Shown in pieces: positions 36,556 to 49,500 of a stretch of DNA of 64,000 bases (positions are counted from its first letter, which is position 1; each line of letters begins with the position of its first letter). Source of the DNA: Psammoneis japonica (taxonomy: Eukaryota); NCBI GenBank assembly GCA_008632985.1, contig QPGO01000121.1, positions 62,001 through 126,000 on the forward strand, given 5' to 3'. The notes below the pieces were generated by a model. It saw nothing but the letters and a program-made list of their open reading frames with translations. It did not search any database and had not been told where the DNA came from. The position numbers and the translations under genes are program-made.

Positions 36556-38258
36556 TCGCGACGCCTGGCTTCGTGCCATCCGATCTGAGCTCAAGAACCT
36601 CATCGTGGACAATGAAACCTTCGCTCTTCATGAATGTCCCCATCCAGACGATGAGATCATCAGCACCACACTTGCTCTCCATGCCAAAGAGAAATCTGAC
36701 GGCTTTCTGGAGAAACTCAAGGCTCGACACTGTGCGCGCGTCGACGTGCAACGCAAATCAGCCGATGACGACAATTGGTCACCAAATGCATCCTCTCGTG
36801 CCATCAAGCTCTTCCTGGCTTTTGCAGCAAAGGCCAAACGGCACGTCAAGAATGGTGATTTTGTCGGTGCTCACCTTCAAGCCCCTGCTCGAGGCCGTCT
36901 CTTTGTTCGCTTCGACCCGATTCTGAAGCAACATTTCCCCGAGTGCACCGAACATTTTGGTGCACCCCTCCGCCTCAAGAAAGGCATGCACGGGACCATC
37001 CGCAGCGGTCTTTGGTGGTCCACCGAGCTCTCCGAATTCTCACTTGCCCAAGGACACACCAATTCCAAGGCAGATCCCACCTTCTTTGCCAAGCACTTCC
37101 CCGACGGCTCACATCTCAAGCTCATTTTCTACACGGATGACATCATCCACTTTGGGTCTCACGACAGAGTCGAGAAGGATTTTGAGAACCTCACACGATC
37201 CAGGTGCAACATCACATTCAACGGTGACGTCACCTGGTTCTTGCAGATGCGCATTCACTGATGCGCCGATGGCTCCTTCTCTCTCGACCAACATCGACAT
37301 GTGCGCAATCTCCTCAAGCGGTTCCTCACTCCCAACTCACCTTGGGGCAGCCCCAGCTTTCAGGGTGCTCCAGCTCCCGTTGATTGTGTGCACTCCAAGG
37401 CGAATCAACCCAAGGACGCTGCCAAATCCAAGCAAATCGCGAACAAGTGTCCTGGTCTCCATTTTCGCTCCGCTGTCTGCTCCATCCTTTGTCTCGCTTG
37501 CAACACTCGCGCTGACATTCTCTGGATCACATGCAAACTTGCAAAGGCTTGCACCAACCCTGGCATGAAGGATTTTGATGCTCTTGTCCACCTTTTTGGC
37601 TTCCTCCGCAAACATCAAGACCTCGCCATCAAATTTTATTCTGATCCCACCGCGAGCCCTGTTCACGCGATTTGCGAAGCTCACAATGTCAGTCATTCTG
37701 AATTTGCAGTCTTCGCCGATGCCAGCTGGCAGGATTGTCCGGACACCGCCAAGTCAACCATTGGATTTATGGTCCACTTCAATGGGGCAACAGTGGAAGC
37801 CAATTCCACTGTCCCAACCCCTGTTGCAATGTCCACTGCCGAATCCGAGTGGATGGGTGCCTGCACTGGCGCTGTGGCTGTTGCTCACCTGCACATGTTG
37901 GCCTGCGACTTCACCTTCCTTGGCACCCGCCATCACTCCATTGACTCCCAACGCCCATCCACTGCTCCTACAATCCTCATGTTGGACAACCAAGCCGCAG
38001 TCCAAATGGCCCAAAACGACCAACAGACTCGACGGACCTGACATGTCGAGCGACGTTTCCAACATGTCCGCGAAGGGCAGCGCCTCGGTCATCACTTACT
38101 TGTTTGGATCCCCGCGGAAAGTCAATTAGCGGACTGCCTCACCAAAACTCAATGTGCAGACAAAATTTGGGTCATGGTCGACCGTGTCCTATGGCGCCTA
38201 CCTGCACACATGTTGTCATGAGCTCCTTATCACCTTCCCTCATTCGGTTCAAGGGGGG

Positions 38259-38568
38259 TGACAGGGATCCCACATGACCCTTTTATATTGGAACCTCATG
38301 ATCGAAGATAGTATATATCTTCAGTCGGGTTTATGACTGAAATTTACTGATCTTTCGGAGTGTTTCAGCAACCTGTCGGAATCTATCCGATCTAACAACT
38401 ATATCGATTCTGAGACTAGCTCAGAATCTCTCACAACTTCTAGACAACGCATTATCGCAAGGTACTGCTTCTAGATCAGGCTCTAGCTTACTCTCTCCTG
38501 TTTGTGCACGGACTTGATCACCCAGGTCACACTCAGGCGAGTACCCAGCTCTCTCTTCATCCCTATCA
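38259..38568 (+). repeat. 3' LTR of Copia-3
   Basis: Starts TGACAGGG right after the PPT and ends CTATCA before the TSD. First 21 nt identical to 30955-30975. Confidence 0.85.
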
Positions 38569-38905
38569 GTAAGTTGGTAGAAGTACGAGAGGGATAGTCC
38601 AATTAGCACGGGTTTTTGGAATCGATACAAAAAAAAATTATCAGACTTTGAGTTGCAGGATATGCCATACTACTGAAAGTAAAGCACTACGAAAGTTTCT
38701 CTTTCCCTCTAGAATTTAGTATCGAAGCTAAAAACTGCTAGCGCAACTACTCTCTCCCTCCCTCTCTCTGCCGTATCTCACTTCGAAGCGTACTGTAGGT
38801 CTTAATTATCGCTTTCTACTACCTCTCTAGCTCACCATCATCAAATAATGTTTATAAAAAATGCAAAATCTATCTTTGTCGCGGTCAGCGACTGCTTTCG
38901 GCGCT

Positions 38906-40716
38906 TCACTCCTTGTCCATTAAAGATCGGACATGTATCAAACACTGATCAGCAAAGTCTTCATGGGCATCATCGTTATCTTCGTCGCTTTCGCCACACA
39001 AAAGCTCGTAAGCTACCTCGACCTTGCTAAATTCACCCTTGGCAGAGCACGAAATAATGTCGGACAGCAGCAATCTCTTATGTCTCTGAGTGATGGAGCC
39101 CTGTATATAACGGTACAGTACAAAAACATTGCATAAGATTGCGCTCAGCACTACTCTTTGGTTCAACACCTCTGAAAGACACTATCGATTCTGTCCGGTA
39201 CTTACCTGGTTGCAGAGTTTCCGTATCGCCGAGATGCAGTTCTGGCGAAGAGCATCCTTTGGGGCATTGGAGCCGTTGGTCTGCGAGTTTGTGAGGGTGT
39301 TTGACTGTTTGGGTGAAGAAGGCTTTACTCCGCCTCTGTTTCCAGCCCATTCGTTCATCATCGAAAGAGCTTCGTTTATCTCACTTCCCAAGTCATCGTC
39401 TCCCTCATTTTCGCCGTCGGTTGTATCATCGTCATCAGAAGTAAACTTGAAGCGAATAATCTTGCCCATACCGTCATTGTCATTTCCGTTTCCATTAGCA
39501 TTGTTGTTGTTGATACCCTCGGGGCCACCCAACATATCTCCGAGTCCCTCCTTCAAATATCCGATAAGCTTCCCCCCATTATGATCCGTTTTGGAGGGTT
39601 GCTCTTATTGTCAGCAGACGAGCTTCCTCCAAGCAATGGTCCAAGGCCAGATTTCCCGACTGTTCCGTCCAAAAGATTCTTACCGGTAGCATCGGCGTCA
39701 GTGATATCACCTCCTTTTGGATAAATCACCTGCATACCACTTTCTCATCTGCCGGTAAAGTACTAGCAGGAGCTGCTTGGACTCGTCCATTGCCCTCCTT
39801 GCAAAAGTGCTATCTTCGTGCCAACTTGCGTGGTGATGATAGAGGAACCACTTGCCACCAACTTTTCTGAAAATGTTGGTGGCTCTCAATTTATTGACCA
39901 GTTGTGTTTCCCTCGTCTTTCCTCGGACAAACTGTCTTATGTAGATATCTTCGTCACAGGTAAGAGTAGCGGTAGCCCCCGGACAACAAGACGCATCTCT
40001 GACGGTTCTGTCCAGGTTCTGTGCATGGCACCCCTTTCCGAGGTTTCAAAAAGTTCCTTCCAGCTTGCCATGACGTCTCTACCACCAACTTGAACAGGCG
40101 ACGCAGGATGAATACAGAGCACCGACTTGTCTTTGAGCCAAACACTATCCATCAAGTCATAGTCTTTCTCAGAAAACGCCTTGTAAAATGCAGAATTCAC
40201 TTGAAGTACGGCACCACAGTCGTCCACGTGCATCTTTCCGAGTTCTTCCTTTTTGAGAATGGCAACGTCAAAGTCCTCTCGTTCGATTGCATCAAATAAA
40301 TCTGTTTCAATCTCACTGACTGTATCTTCGATGCTCTGCTCTTCCGGTGCGAGTCCTTCTATCGACGTGTCGACCACTTTTGACATTTCTTTTTCCACGT
40401 CAAATTCCATACTCTTTTGAATTTTTTCGACTTTTGCTTTCGCTTTAGCAACTCGCACGGCTTTCTTGAAGCTCATGTCACTGAATCGAATGTCATCAAT
40501 GTTCGAATCATTCTTTTCGTCATCCTCGATCGGTGCGTTCTTTCTTCTCGCATGCAACGGTATGATGTTTCGTCGGTGCAAAGAATTCTCAGTTGAACGT
40601 TGCCCTGTTCTGATTTCACTTCCGATACATTTTGTGACGGGAACGAGGGCGGTCACTGCTGTCCCTATTCCATGAATACCGCAAAGAATGCAGAAAAGAG
40701 CGCTTGCTTTCGTCAT
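38906..40716 (-). CDS. Signal-peptide protein with UVR-like and SnoaL/NTF2-like domains
   Basis: LFDAIEREDFDVAILKKEEL (UVR-like), then VNSAFYKAF...VLCIHP...ATNIFRKVGGKWFLYHHHAS (SnoaL-like). Intron at about 39102-39206 and final exon GSITQRHK...MDKE*. Apparent frameshifts. Confidence 0.75.
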
Positions 40717-41313
40717 GGTCGACACGAAAAAAGTGACAGCCGCGAACGCACGAACGAATCGTGTGACTGGCTTGCCGGCCACGAGATTTTCAACGTGAAT
40801 TTCAGTACTGGACTTGACGGGTTGCGGATAGACGGGATTATTGAAGATGACGTCGCGAATGATACGCAACGCCTTCGCATTTCTGGCGTCATTCAAATTT
40901 TGCTAACTTGAAGTTCCTTGGAATTGCGCCTCTTCGTTACAAGTCATATGCACCAATGGAATCTTAAAGTTGCGTTCTTGTTGGGTTCCGTAATGTTAAA
41001 GAATCCTGACGCTGAACTGACGTCACCTTCTTTGATCCCAGGCCAGCCATTCTCTCTGGTTGAGATGCACAAGATTTCACGTGGAAGGAAGAAGCTCACG
41101 TTGCTGCCAGTACAGTTTCTACGTGTGACACTTTTTACACTGCGTCAGAGATATTTGAGTCGATCAAGTCAATATTTTGGATCATAACCCGAAGTACGTT
41201 TTTTTGTTCAACTTCAACAAAACTTCGAGCCAACACCGGCCGAGAAAAAAGCGCGGCGAATCCAACAACTGTCTCACAACTCTCGTTTAGGGTAACGCAA
41301 ACCGAAAGCAACC

Positions 41314-43151
41314 ATGAAGTTCTCCCTTGCTATTGTTAGTTTGGCCACGACGGCTCTGCCTTCTCCTTCACTGGAGCACCGGTGGCACACCGTGCCGCCT
41401 CTTCTTCTGCTCTCTCCATGAAGTACAAGGTTGCCGTCGTTGGAGGAGGACCTTCAGGTGCTTGCGCCGCCGAGATCTTTGCCCAGGAAAAGGGTATTGA
41501 TACCGTCATGTTTGAGCGTAAGATGGATAACGCCAAGCCATGCGGTGGTGCCATCCCACTCTGTATGGTTGGCGAGTTTGACCTTCCCGAGACAGTTGTC
41601 GACCGCAAGGTATGTTTCATCGTTGTTCGTCGATTTTGTTCTCCAGCGTTCGAAACAAGGTCTCTTCTGTGATAGCGAATGTACGAATCCGTGTGTTATT
41701 GTTCCTATCATATTGGAAGAAGTGCGACACCTCTGTTACAACTCCATGACGCGTTTCGCAATCGTCCATCGTCCCGTGCTTTCTCGGCTCATCGGCATGC
41801 CGATGGCTCTGCATCGATCTTCGGATTGTTGAAGTCGAGAAATTTAGCCAGTAGGATTTCTACAGCGGTCGCGCGTAGAAACTTTTGGCTGAGTCGTCGT
41901 CGAGCGACCTTCTTCAAAATCTTTTCTTTCAATTGACGATGTGTCGATTGTCGAGCGAATTCGACAAAGATTCACGGTCCCCTCCTCTTTCTACTGCGTC
42001 GTTATAGACCATGACTTAGCGTAGCTCACCATGCCCTTTCTTGTTCTTCGTTCTTTCTTCAGGTGCGCAAGATGAACCTCATCTCGCCCACTGGTGTTGA
42101 GGTCAACATTGGCGAGACTCTTCAGCCCGATGAATACATTGGTATGTGCCGTCGTGAAATCCTCGACAAGTACCTTCGCGACCGTGCCATTGAATACGGT
42201 GCTGAGGCGATCAACGGTCTTGTTACGGCCATTGATGTTCCCAAGGACCACAAGGTCTCGGAGAACCCCTACACTATCCACTACATGGAGTTCGAAGAGG
42301 GAACTTCTGCTGGTACCCCCAAGACCATGAAGGTCGATGTTATTGTTGGAGGTGATGGTGCTAACTCCCGTGTTGCCAAGGCTATGGATGCTGGACAGTA
42401 CAACTTTGCTATTGCCTTCCAAGAGCGCATTAAGATCCCGGACGAGAAGATGGAATTCTACGAGGAAATGGCTGAGATGTATGTCGGTGATGATGTCTCC
42501 CCTGACTTTTACGGATGGGTCTTCCCCAAGTATGACCACGTTGGTGTTGGAACCGGAACTGTTGTCAACCGCCCTGCTATCAAGCAATACCAAAAGGCTA
42601 TCCGCGACCGTGCCGGAGATAAGATCGAGGGAGGAAAGATTATCAAGGTTGAGGCTCACCCCATCCCCGAGCACTACCGCCCCCGCCGTGTCCAAGGACG
42701 TATTGCTCTTGTCGGTGATGCCGCTGGATATGTTACCAAATGCTCTGGAGAAGGTATCTACTTTGCTGCCAAGTCTGGCCGCATGGCTGCCGAAGAAATT
42801 GTCAAGCTCATGGATGGTGGAAAGAGACTTCCCACTCAGGCCGAGATTGAAGATACCTACATTGCCAAATATGACAAGGCTTACGGACCCACTTACGCTG
42901 TTCTCGACGCCCTCCAAAAGGTTTTCTACGTCAACAACGGTGCCCGGGAAGCATTTGTTGAGCTTTGCAACTCCAAGTACGTCCAACAAGTGACCTTCGA
43001 TTCTTACCTTTACAAGAAGGTCCAGGGAAACAACCCTCTCGATGACCTCAAACTCCTTGGCGAGACTGTCGGATGCTTGGTCAAGGGATACGCCAAGGCC
43101 AAGCCTGATGCTGAATTCTCCAACCCTATTGAAAGCAAGAAGCGAATCTAA
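41314..43151 (+). CDS. chlP: Geranylgeranyl diphosphate reductase, plastid-targeted
   Basis: Motifs VAVVGGGPSGACAAE, NAKPCGGAIP, PDFYGWVFPKYDH and GEGIYFAAKSGR. Intron at 41610-42062. Signal peptide with an ASAF-like motif, apparently missing 1 base. Confidence 0.95.
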
Positions 43152-43515
43152 ATGGCCCTTTTTTCAAGCCTCTGCACAGAAACGTGCGTCAACATAGACT
43201 GAAGACGTACTGGGGACGAATCATCAAACGTGATTGCTAGTGTGCAGTGCTCTAGCAGAGTAGAGCAGTATAAACTTTAATTGTTTATTGCATTTTTGAT
43301 ACAAAAAGATAGTTTGGTTTACACGCGCGTAGTTTATTTTCCCCACGGACAAATGTTTGGCACACTCGCGTGTACCGTAAGGTTACTTCTTTCTTAGCTG
43401 ATCTCTCGAGTAGACGTTGCGAAAATGCCACAACCGATGTCAGCAACCTTACAATTCTTTTTTGAGCGTCAAAAATGATTATTACACAGCGTTTACTGTA
43501 ATCTACGTGAATTAC

Positions 43516-46500
43516 CTACACTGTTTCTTTGTTGCATGCGTCGCTTGAGACGAATACTGGACCGTGGCGACAACGTTTGATCCAAGGGGGCCGCCCCGGC
43601 TGCTGACTCAACGTTGATTCTGAATGATCGGTCGTTGACGATGTCGATTGCGCCTGTCGAGGCTTTGCCTTCGCCACCTGCTGCTGTCGTCTAAGCCTAG
43701 CTTTCTGCCGTAACGAGCTCTGCTGAGATCCTTGCTGCGAGGAACTGGAATTGTAAGGGTCGACGGGGATACTAGGAGCAGACTTCGTTTGCACATTGGC
43801 TTCCCGTTGGGCTTGGGAAAGCCGTTGCTTGAACTAAGTCGTGCTGTACATACCCGTTTCGTTGCTCCATGGCTCTTTTCACATCAACCCTCTGGTTTGT
43901 ATGTAAGCAGGTCGTAGTCCAGGGTCCGACCTGGATGTTGGACTAACTGGTGCAATCCCCGGCATACCAGCCTTCGATTTCTTACTACTAGCTTGTCGTT
44001 TCCGTGCATCCCTCAGCTTCTTTTTCTCGTTCGCGGCCACTTGTTCTCTTGCTTTATCGAAATCCTTGCAAAAATCGGACATAATTGTGAAGAGCTCATG
44101 CGGTTGCATCTCGGATCGCTTGTCTTCTTCCCCGAAGTATTCCAGAAGGCGCCCAAACTTTTGTTGGTAACTTCTACCTGCGCACGAAGCGAAGACACAG
44201 TCTTGATGGCAAAGAGCGTGAACTGCCCGATTTGTGTTCGCCGAAGATTTTCGACCTCCTCTTCTAGCGACAGTTCAACTTCGCTCAGACAATCTTCTTC
44301 GTCATCGTCACCCTTCTTGAGGAACTCTTGTTTTTCTTCTTCAACTGTATGGATGAGCAAGGCGCGCCTGGTGAAGTGAGATCCGACGAGCGTTCTCGAG
44401 TTGATTTTCCACCTCTTCTAGGTCGATCAAACACTGCTCCCAGTAAACCTTGGCAGCCTTCATAACCGTAGGAAGATCGTCCTTAAAGTTAAGTAGCAGC
44501 TCGTTGTTTCGCTGAACAATCAAGACAACGTAGTTCAAGAACGTCGTCTTCCGGTCGAATGCCTTTGCATGAGAAAGCTTCAAAAGAGACTCCAAAGTAA
44601 AAGCCCCAGCCTTGCTCTTGTTGCCGTTTCCTGCGGTATTAAGACGGTTTCCAATATTCAAAACAATTCCAAGCAGCTTCCTAAGGCGAACAGAATTACT
44701 CAGTTCATCGCAAGCTGTTTCCACCGTTGTTGCATCTGAAAAGACGAAGCGGAAAAGAGAGATAAGCTCGCAGTCATCGCCACCGAATGCCACTATTCAG
44801 CAATACTCGAAAATCAGACGAACTCTACACTTACCGGCCTCCAAAGCACTAAGGCAGCTTTGAAATTGAAGCTTGAACAACAGACATCGCACTTTCCGTT
44901 TGGCATGCTTGACAGTCATCATAGCTACCATGAATTTCTCGCATTCGCAGAGCATATCGAACTTCTCAGCCGCATCCTGGTCGCCTTCAAGCATGTATTT
45001 TTCGAGGTTCTTCCGCTCTTCCGAGTCGGCAAGTACTCCACAATGTGTTGCATTTGTTCGGCTGTCATGACGGTATCATCACTACAGGAAGGAGAAATAG
45101 AAAATACAATCAGACGGGAAATGAAACAAGACAAGTACTCGCGATACCCATCAAACGGTCTTACATTTTGTCGACAGCATCGGCCAGATCATCCTGCGAT
45201 ATCTTAGTCTCGCAAGAACAATCCCTCCATTGTTCGCCCGTTTGGGGTCGATTACGCGCACAGAGGGGCCTCTCTTCTTCGTTGGACTAGATGGAGTCGG
45301 ACTTTTCTTCTTTGGAATGTCGAGGGCGTCAATTCGGCTTGGAATAGCCGAGCGAACTCGTCTTCGTCAATATTTAGTTGCTGCAATTCCGGGTCTTCAT
45401 TAATCTTGCCCACAAGGAATTCTTTCTCACTTTGCGAAGCGTCTCCCAATGTAACCGCGTTCTCCTGTGTGTGTCCTTGGCTTTTTCTCTTCGTGACTAT
45501 CTGATGCAAAACTAACCCGTGCAGGTGCATTGTGGTCCCCGTCCATGATAGATGGGTCAAGTCCATCGCGCTGCATTGCATTGCGGACAGCTCCCATTGG
45601 AAGCCCCATTTTCAACATGGTGAAGTACTTCTGGAACTTCGGATCATCTTTCAGTGGCACGCCACCAGCCGGTGCGTTGTGATCACCATCCATAACCGAA
45701 GCATCGATACCGTCTCGAGTCATCGCATGTTTCACGACCTCCAACGGCATGCCAACCTTTAGCATTCTGAAATATTTCTCATACTTCGGGTCGTCTTTCA
45801 GAGCAACGCCACTACTGATCGATTGAGCCTTGGAATCAGTGGGCGACAACAAGGGATCAGGAAGACTTGCAGCTTCAGGCGATCCAGTGTTGTCTCGTTG
45901 CGTCGACTGCGTAGATGCGCGGTCTTCTTGATTCTTCTGCATTAGAATTGCTGCAGCTGCCGCGATATCCACGCTCGGAGAACTCGGCTTCTCGCTTGTT
46001 TTGCTTTCACTGACATCGACTGACAGTTCCGAAGCCGCAGTTGTTTTACTAGGTGTGTTCACTTGCTGATCCTTGCTCATCTGGTCATCCTCAGGTAATG
46101 AGACAGAAAGAGGCTGTTCTGCTCGAGGCTGTGGTTTCGGCTCATCTTGAATCGGTTCTTCTTTCGCTGGGGCCGGCGGAAGTCCCGCTCGTTTACCAAA
46201 GAATGCATTCAAGAACGATTTCTTCGATTCTTTGTCAACGTCTGGTGAATATTCCACACCGTCCGTTTCGACTGGAGGTTCCTCGTCTGTCGGTGTTTGC
46301 TTCACGTCATTTTCCGTTGTGGATCTCGGTGAGCTTTGAAGCGGGGTTTCGTCACTATCAATATGGAGTACATTCGCTTCCTTGACACCCTCACCCGGAT
46401 CTGAAGCAATATACTCGACGACGTCGTCTTCGTCAACATTCGCTGGAGGAGCATCGATATGAGTGGGAACTTGATGAGAAAGACCGTTGTCTGACGACCG

Positions 46501-49500
46501 CTGACCCCCGTTACCAGAACTAGACGGATAATCGTAATTTCGTTGAGCGATGTGATCCACCCCTATTCTCTCCAAACTATTGGAAGAATAGGAATTTTCA
46601 GTGGTAAGTGTTTCCTCTTCTGGTGCAATAGGAGACGGCTGTCCTGCGAAGAAATGTCCTTCTCTACAGAAACTTTTTCAGCCTATTCCGAATCGAAGAG
46701 ATGTCCTCTGCAGGTTTGGCGTCGTTATTGTCGACATCCGAGGATTTCTTCTTGTTCATAGCAACGCGTCGTCGAATAAGCGAAGCAACGTCACGATCTT
46801 GGCTGTTCTTGGTTTTGTCTTCGGCTTCCTTCTTCTCTTGCTCGTCTCGTTGCTTCTTCAACTCTAATTCCCTCTGTTGACGATATGATAGCTTTGGCTT
46901 TGAAGGCGCTGCAAAAGACTGGGGTTCTCGATCTGCAGCTTCCTGTTCCTGTTGCTGCATCAGCTCTAGCTCTCTACGCTCCCGATATGTAAGCTTCTTT
47001 GGCTCTGGTTGCTGCACAGTGTTGTCCATTTCTTGAGGTTCCTCGCGGTCAAGCTCGGTGGGAGTTTCGCGTGAACCTTCCAAGACGCTTTCGCTACCGG
47101 CAACAAGTTTAGAAATACCACCCGTGTTCCGCAGCTTCACCGAAGAAAGAAAGCCTGACGATGCACCGACTTCTGACTTCGTCTCCCGAAAAGACTGATT
47201 ATGCTCAAACTTGTTTAATAACGAATTCATATCGGAACGTCCCGAAATACCCGAAACGCCAACTTCTGACTTGGCAGACGACGGGTCTTTTCTCAAATGC
47301 GCTGGCTTTAGCCTCTCCTTGTAGCTTCCAAACGACGTTCGCTGGGCGGCGCACTCATCTGCACGTTTCTGCTGTTCGGTTACTTTCTCGGTTTTGACTT
47401 TATTAAGAATCTCAGGCCCAACAATCTCCCCATTTCGTACATCATTAAGTTGTTGCCGCTTGGTATCTAATTCAGACACCGGTTCCTCGGTAGGACTGGG
47501 AGAGCTTCGAGTGGATTCAACATGAGCTGGTTTTGTCTTGGGTATGCTCTCCTCGACAGCATGATCATTACCAGGAGTCTGCGGTGGGCGCCACTTCTTT
47601 TTCGTACTTGGAATTGGAGCGGGTTCAGTTTTTCTTTCCTTCTTTTCCCACCTAGCTGCCAAGCTCGAAACCTTTTGAACAGGAAAGTTTTCCGACGTCT
47701 CTGGACTCGCACTGGTAGGCGCGGTACTCGCTCTGAACGTGTCTGCCCCTCCTTCCATTGTGCTCATGTCACCTGAATTGTCTTCGTTCTTTTTGGATTT
47801 CGACTTTTTCTTTCCAACAATTTCATCCGGAATGGATACGCCGCCAAAGTCACTCTTTACGCCCATATCCGATGCGATTCCAATATCCGAACCAAATTCC
47901 ATTGCAACACCGACATCCGAAGGAACTCCCAAGGCCGAGGATGCACCTGCTTCCGATCGAGGCGCACCACTTACAGATGAAGGAGCGCCGGCATTCGAAA
48001 AGGCAAAACCTGCCGCAGAGGACGGGGCACCGGCTTCAGAAAAGGTAAAGCCAGCGGCAGAAGATGGTGCGCCCGCATCCGAAAACGCAAAATCAGCGGC
48101 AGACGATGGTGCACCGGCATCCGAAAATCCAAAATCCGCAGCAGACGAAGGCGTGTTGACGTTTGAAAATGTAAAATTGGATGGAGAGGTCTTTTCGTTG
48201 ACTTTGAAGAAACCAAAACCATCATTTCCGTCAGTCGCAAAGCCATCCGAAATGGGAGTTGTCGCAAACCCTTGATTCACGGGGGTGGAAACAGAAAACC
48301 CATCGTCGCCGCTTGCCGATTGGTTCAATTGTTGCGCTGCCTCGGGAGACAGCTCGCCATCCGAGTCACCCTGCCATGAGGACTGCGAGAATCCGTCATC
48401 CGAACCTTTATCCGACGACTCGCTGAACAAATTAGGTAATTGCGGAGCTCGACTAGCCGATTGTGGCCAGGCACTCGTGAAAAAGTTTGTCGACGTGCCA
48501 GGTTCGGATTGGGCATACCGCGAATTCGATGGTGATGGTGCAAAGGATTCCCACCCATCTGAAGCAATTTGTAAATCAGGTTTCGTTGCTTGTTTACTCG
48601 TGTGGAAGCCCGCTTGCTGCTTAAACATATTTATTCTGCCGCTTCCTTGATCATCCGCCGGAGAACTGCTCGTCAATGTTGATCGTTCCGAACTTTCTGG
48701 ACTGGGCTTTGCAATATTCATGGGAAGCGACTTAAAGCCATCCACACTATCGACATCCAACGTGGGAGTGCTGGCACTGCAGCTGCCGGCTGGAGAATCC
48801 GTCGTGGGAGGAGGAAAGCCATCAAACATTCTCGAAAAGGCTGGATGCGATCCTGCCAAATCCTGAATCGCCGCATTCACTTCACTATCCACTTCATCGG
48901 CATCCAACCCGAATGCGTCAAAACTAAAGCCGTGAGAAACGTTTGCAGCGACATCGAAACTCTTTTGAGAAGAAGAGTCGTCCACGTTGTTGCTGGTGTT
49001 TGGAGACTCATCATTTTTCAATTCAGCATAAAAATCAGAAGGAGTCGTCTCCACTGGAGGAGGCGGCGGCAATCCCCTACTTTTATTTCTCATTCTCCGT
49101 CGAGCCGCCGCACTGCTACTGCTTCCAATACTCCTGCTCGAGCTAGAATGCTGTTGTTGTTGTTTCTGAGCAAAACTCCGTTGCATGGACGAGTTGGATG
49201 GAAAGGTGGGCATGCTATTGACAGTACGATCCGTGCTGCTATTGTATTTCGCCTTGGATCGAGCCAAGCGTCGTGCAGCCGCAGCCGAAGGGGATCGCGA
49301 GGATGCTTCGGAACCCACACTGGCGGTACCGTCCTGCTGTTGTTGTTCCATAAACATGTCGAGAGCCACCTTTTTTCGATTCTGTGCTGGAGGTTTCAAC
49401 GGAATTTTGTTGACAGGTCGGTCCTGGGGTACCGGTAATTCTTTTCGATGCATCATATCGGGTGTTTCAATCTGTTGAGCAATCTGGCCGGTACGTTCTC

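Larger units (their letters stand above)
30955..38568 (+). mobile_element. Degenerate Ty1/Copia LTR retrotransposon, Copia-3, with most of the 5' LTR deleted
   Basis: 5-bp TSD GTAAG at 30950-30954 and 38569-38573. 5' LTR stub tgacagggatcccacatgacc at 30955-30975. PPT aagggggg, then 3' LTR 38259-38568. Gag zinc knuckles CDCCGKRNHNAAEC and CFHC. Protease WSVDSGASSH near 34190. Integrase FIRADS. RT FYTDD. RNase H FADASW...MSTAESE. Confidence 0.93.

Noticed and set aside
41991..42993. 332-aa antisense ORF and 218-aa alternate-frame ORF over chlP
   Set aside because: Shadow ORFs caused by strong codon bias in chlP.
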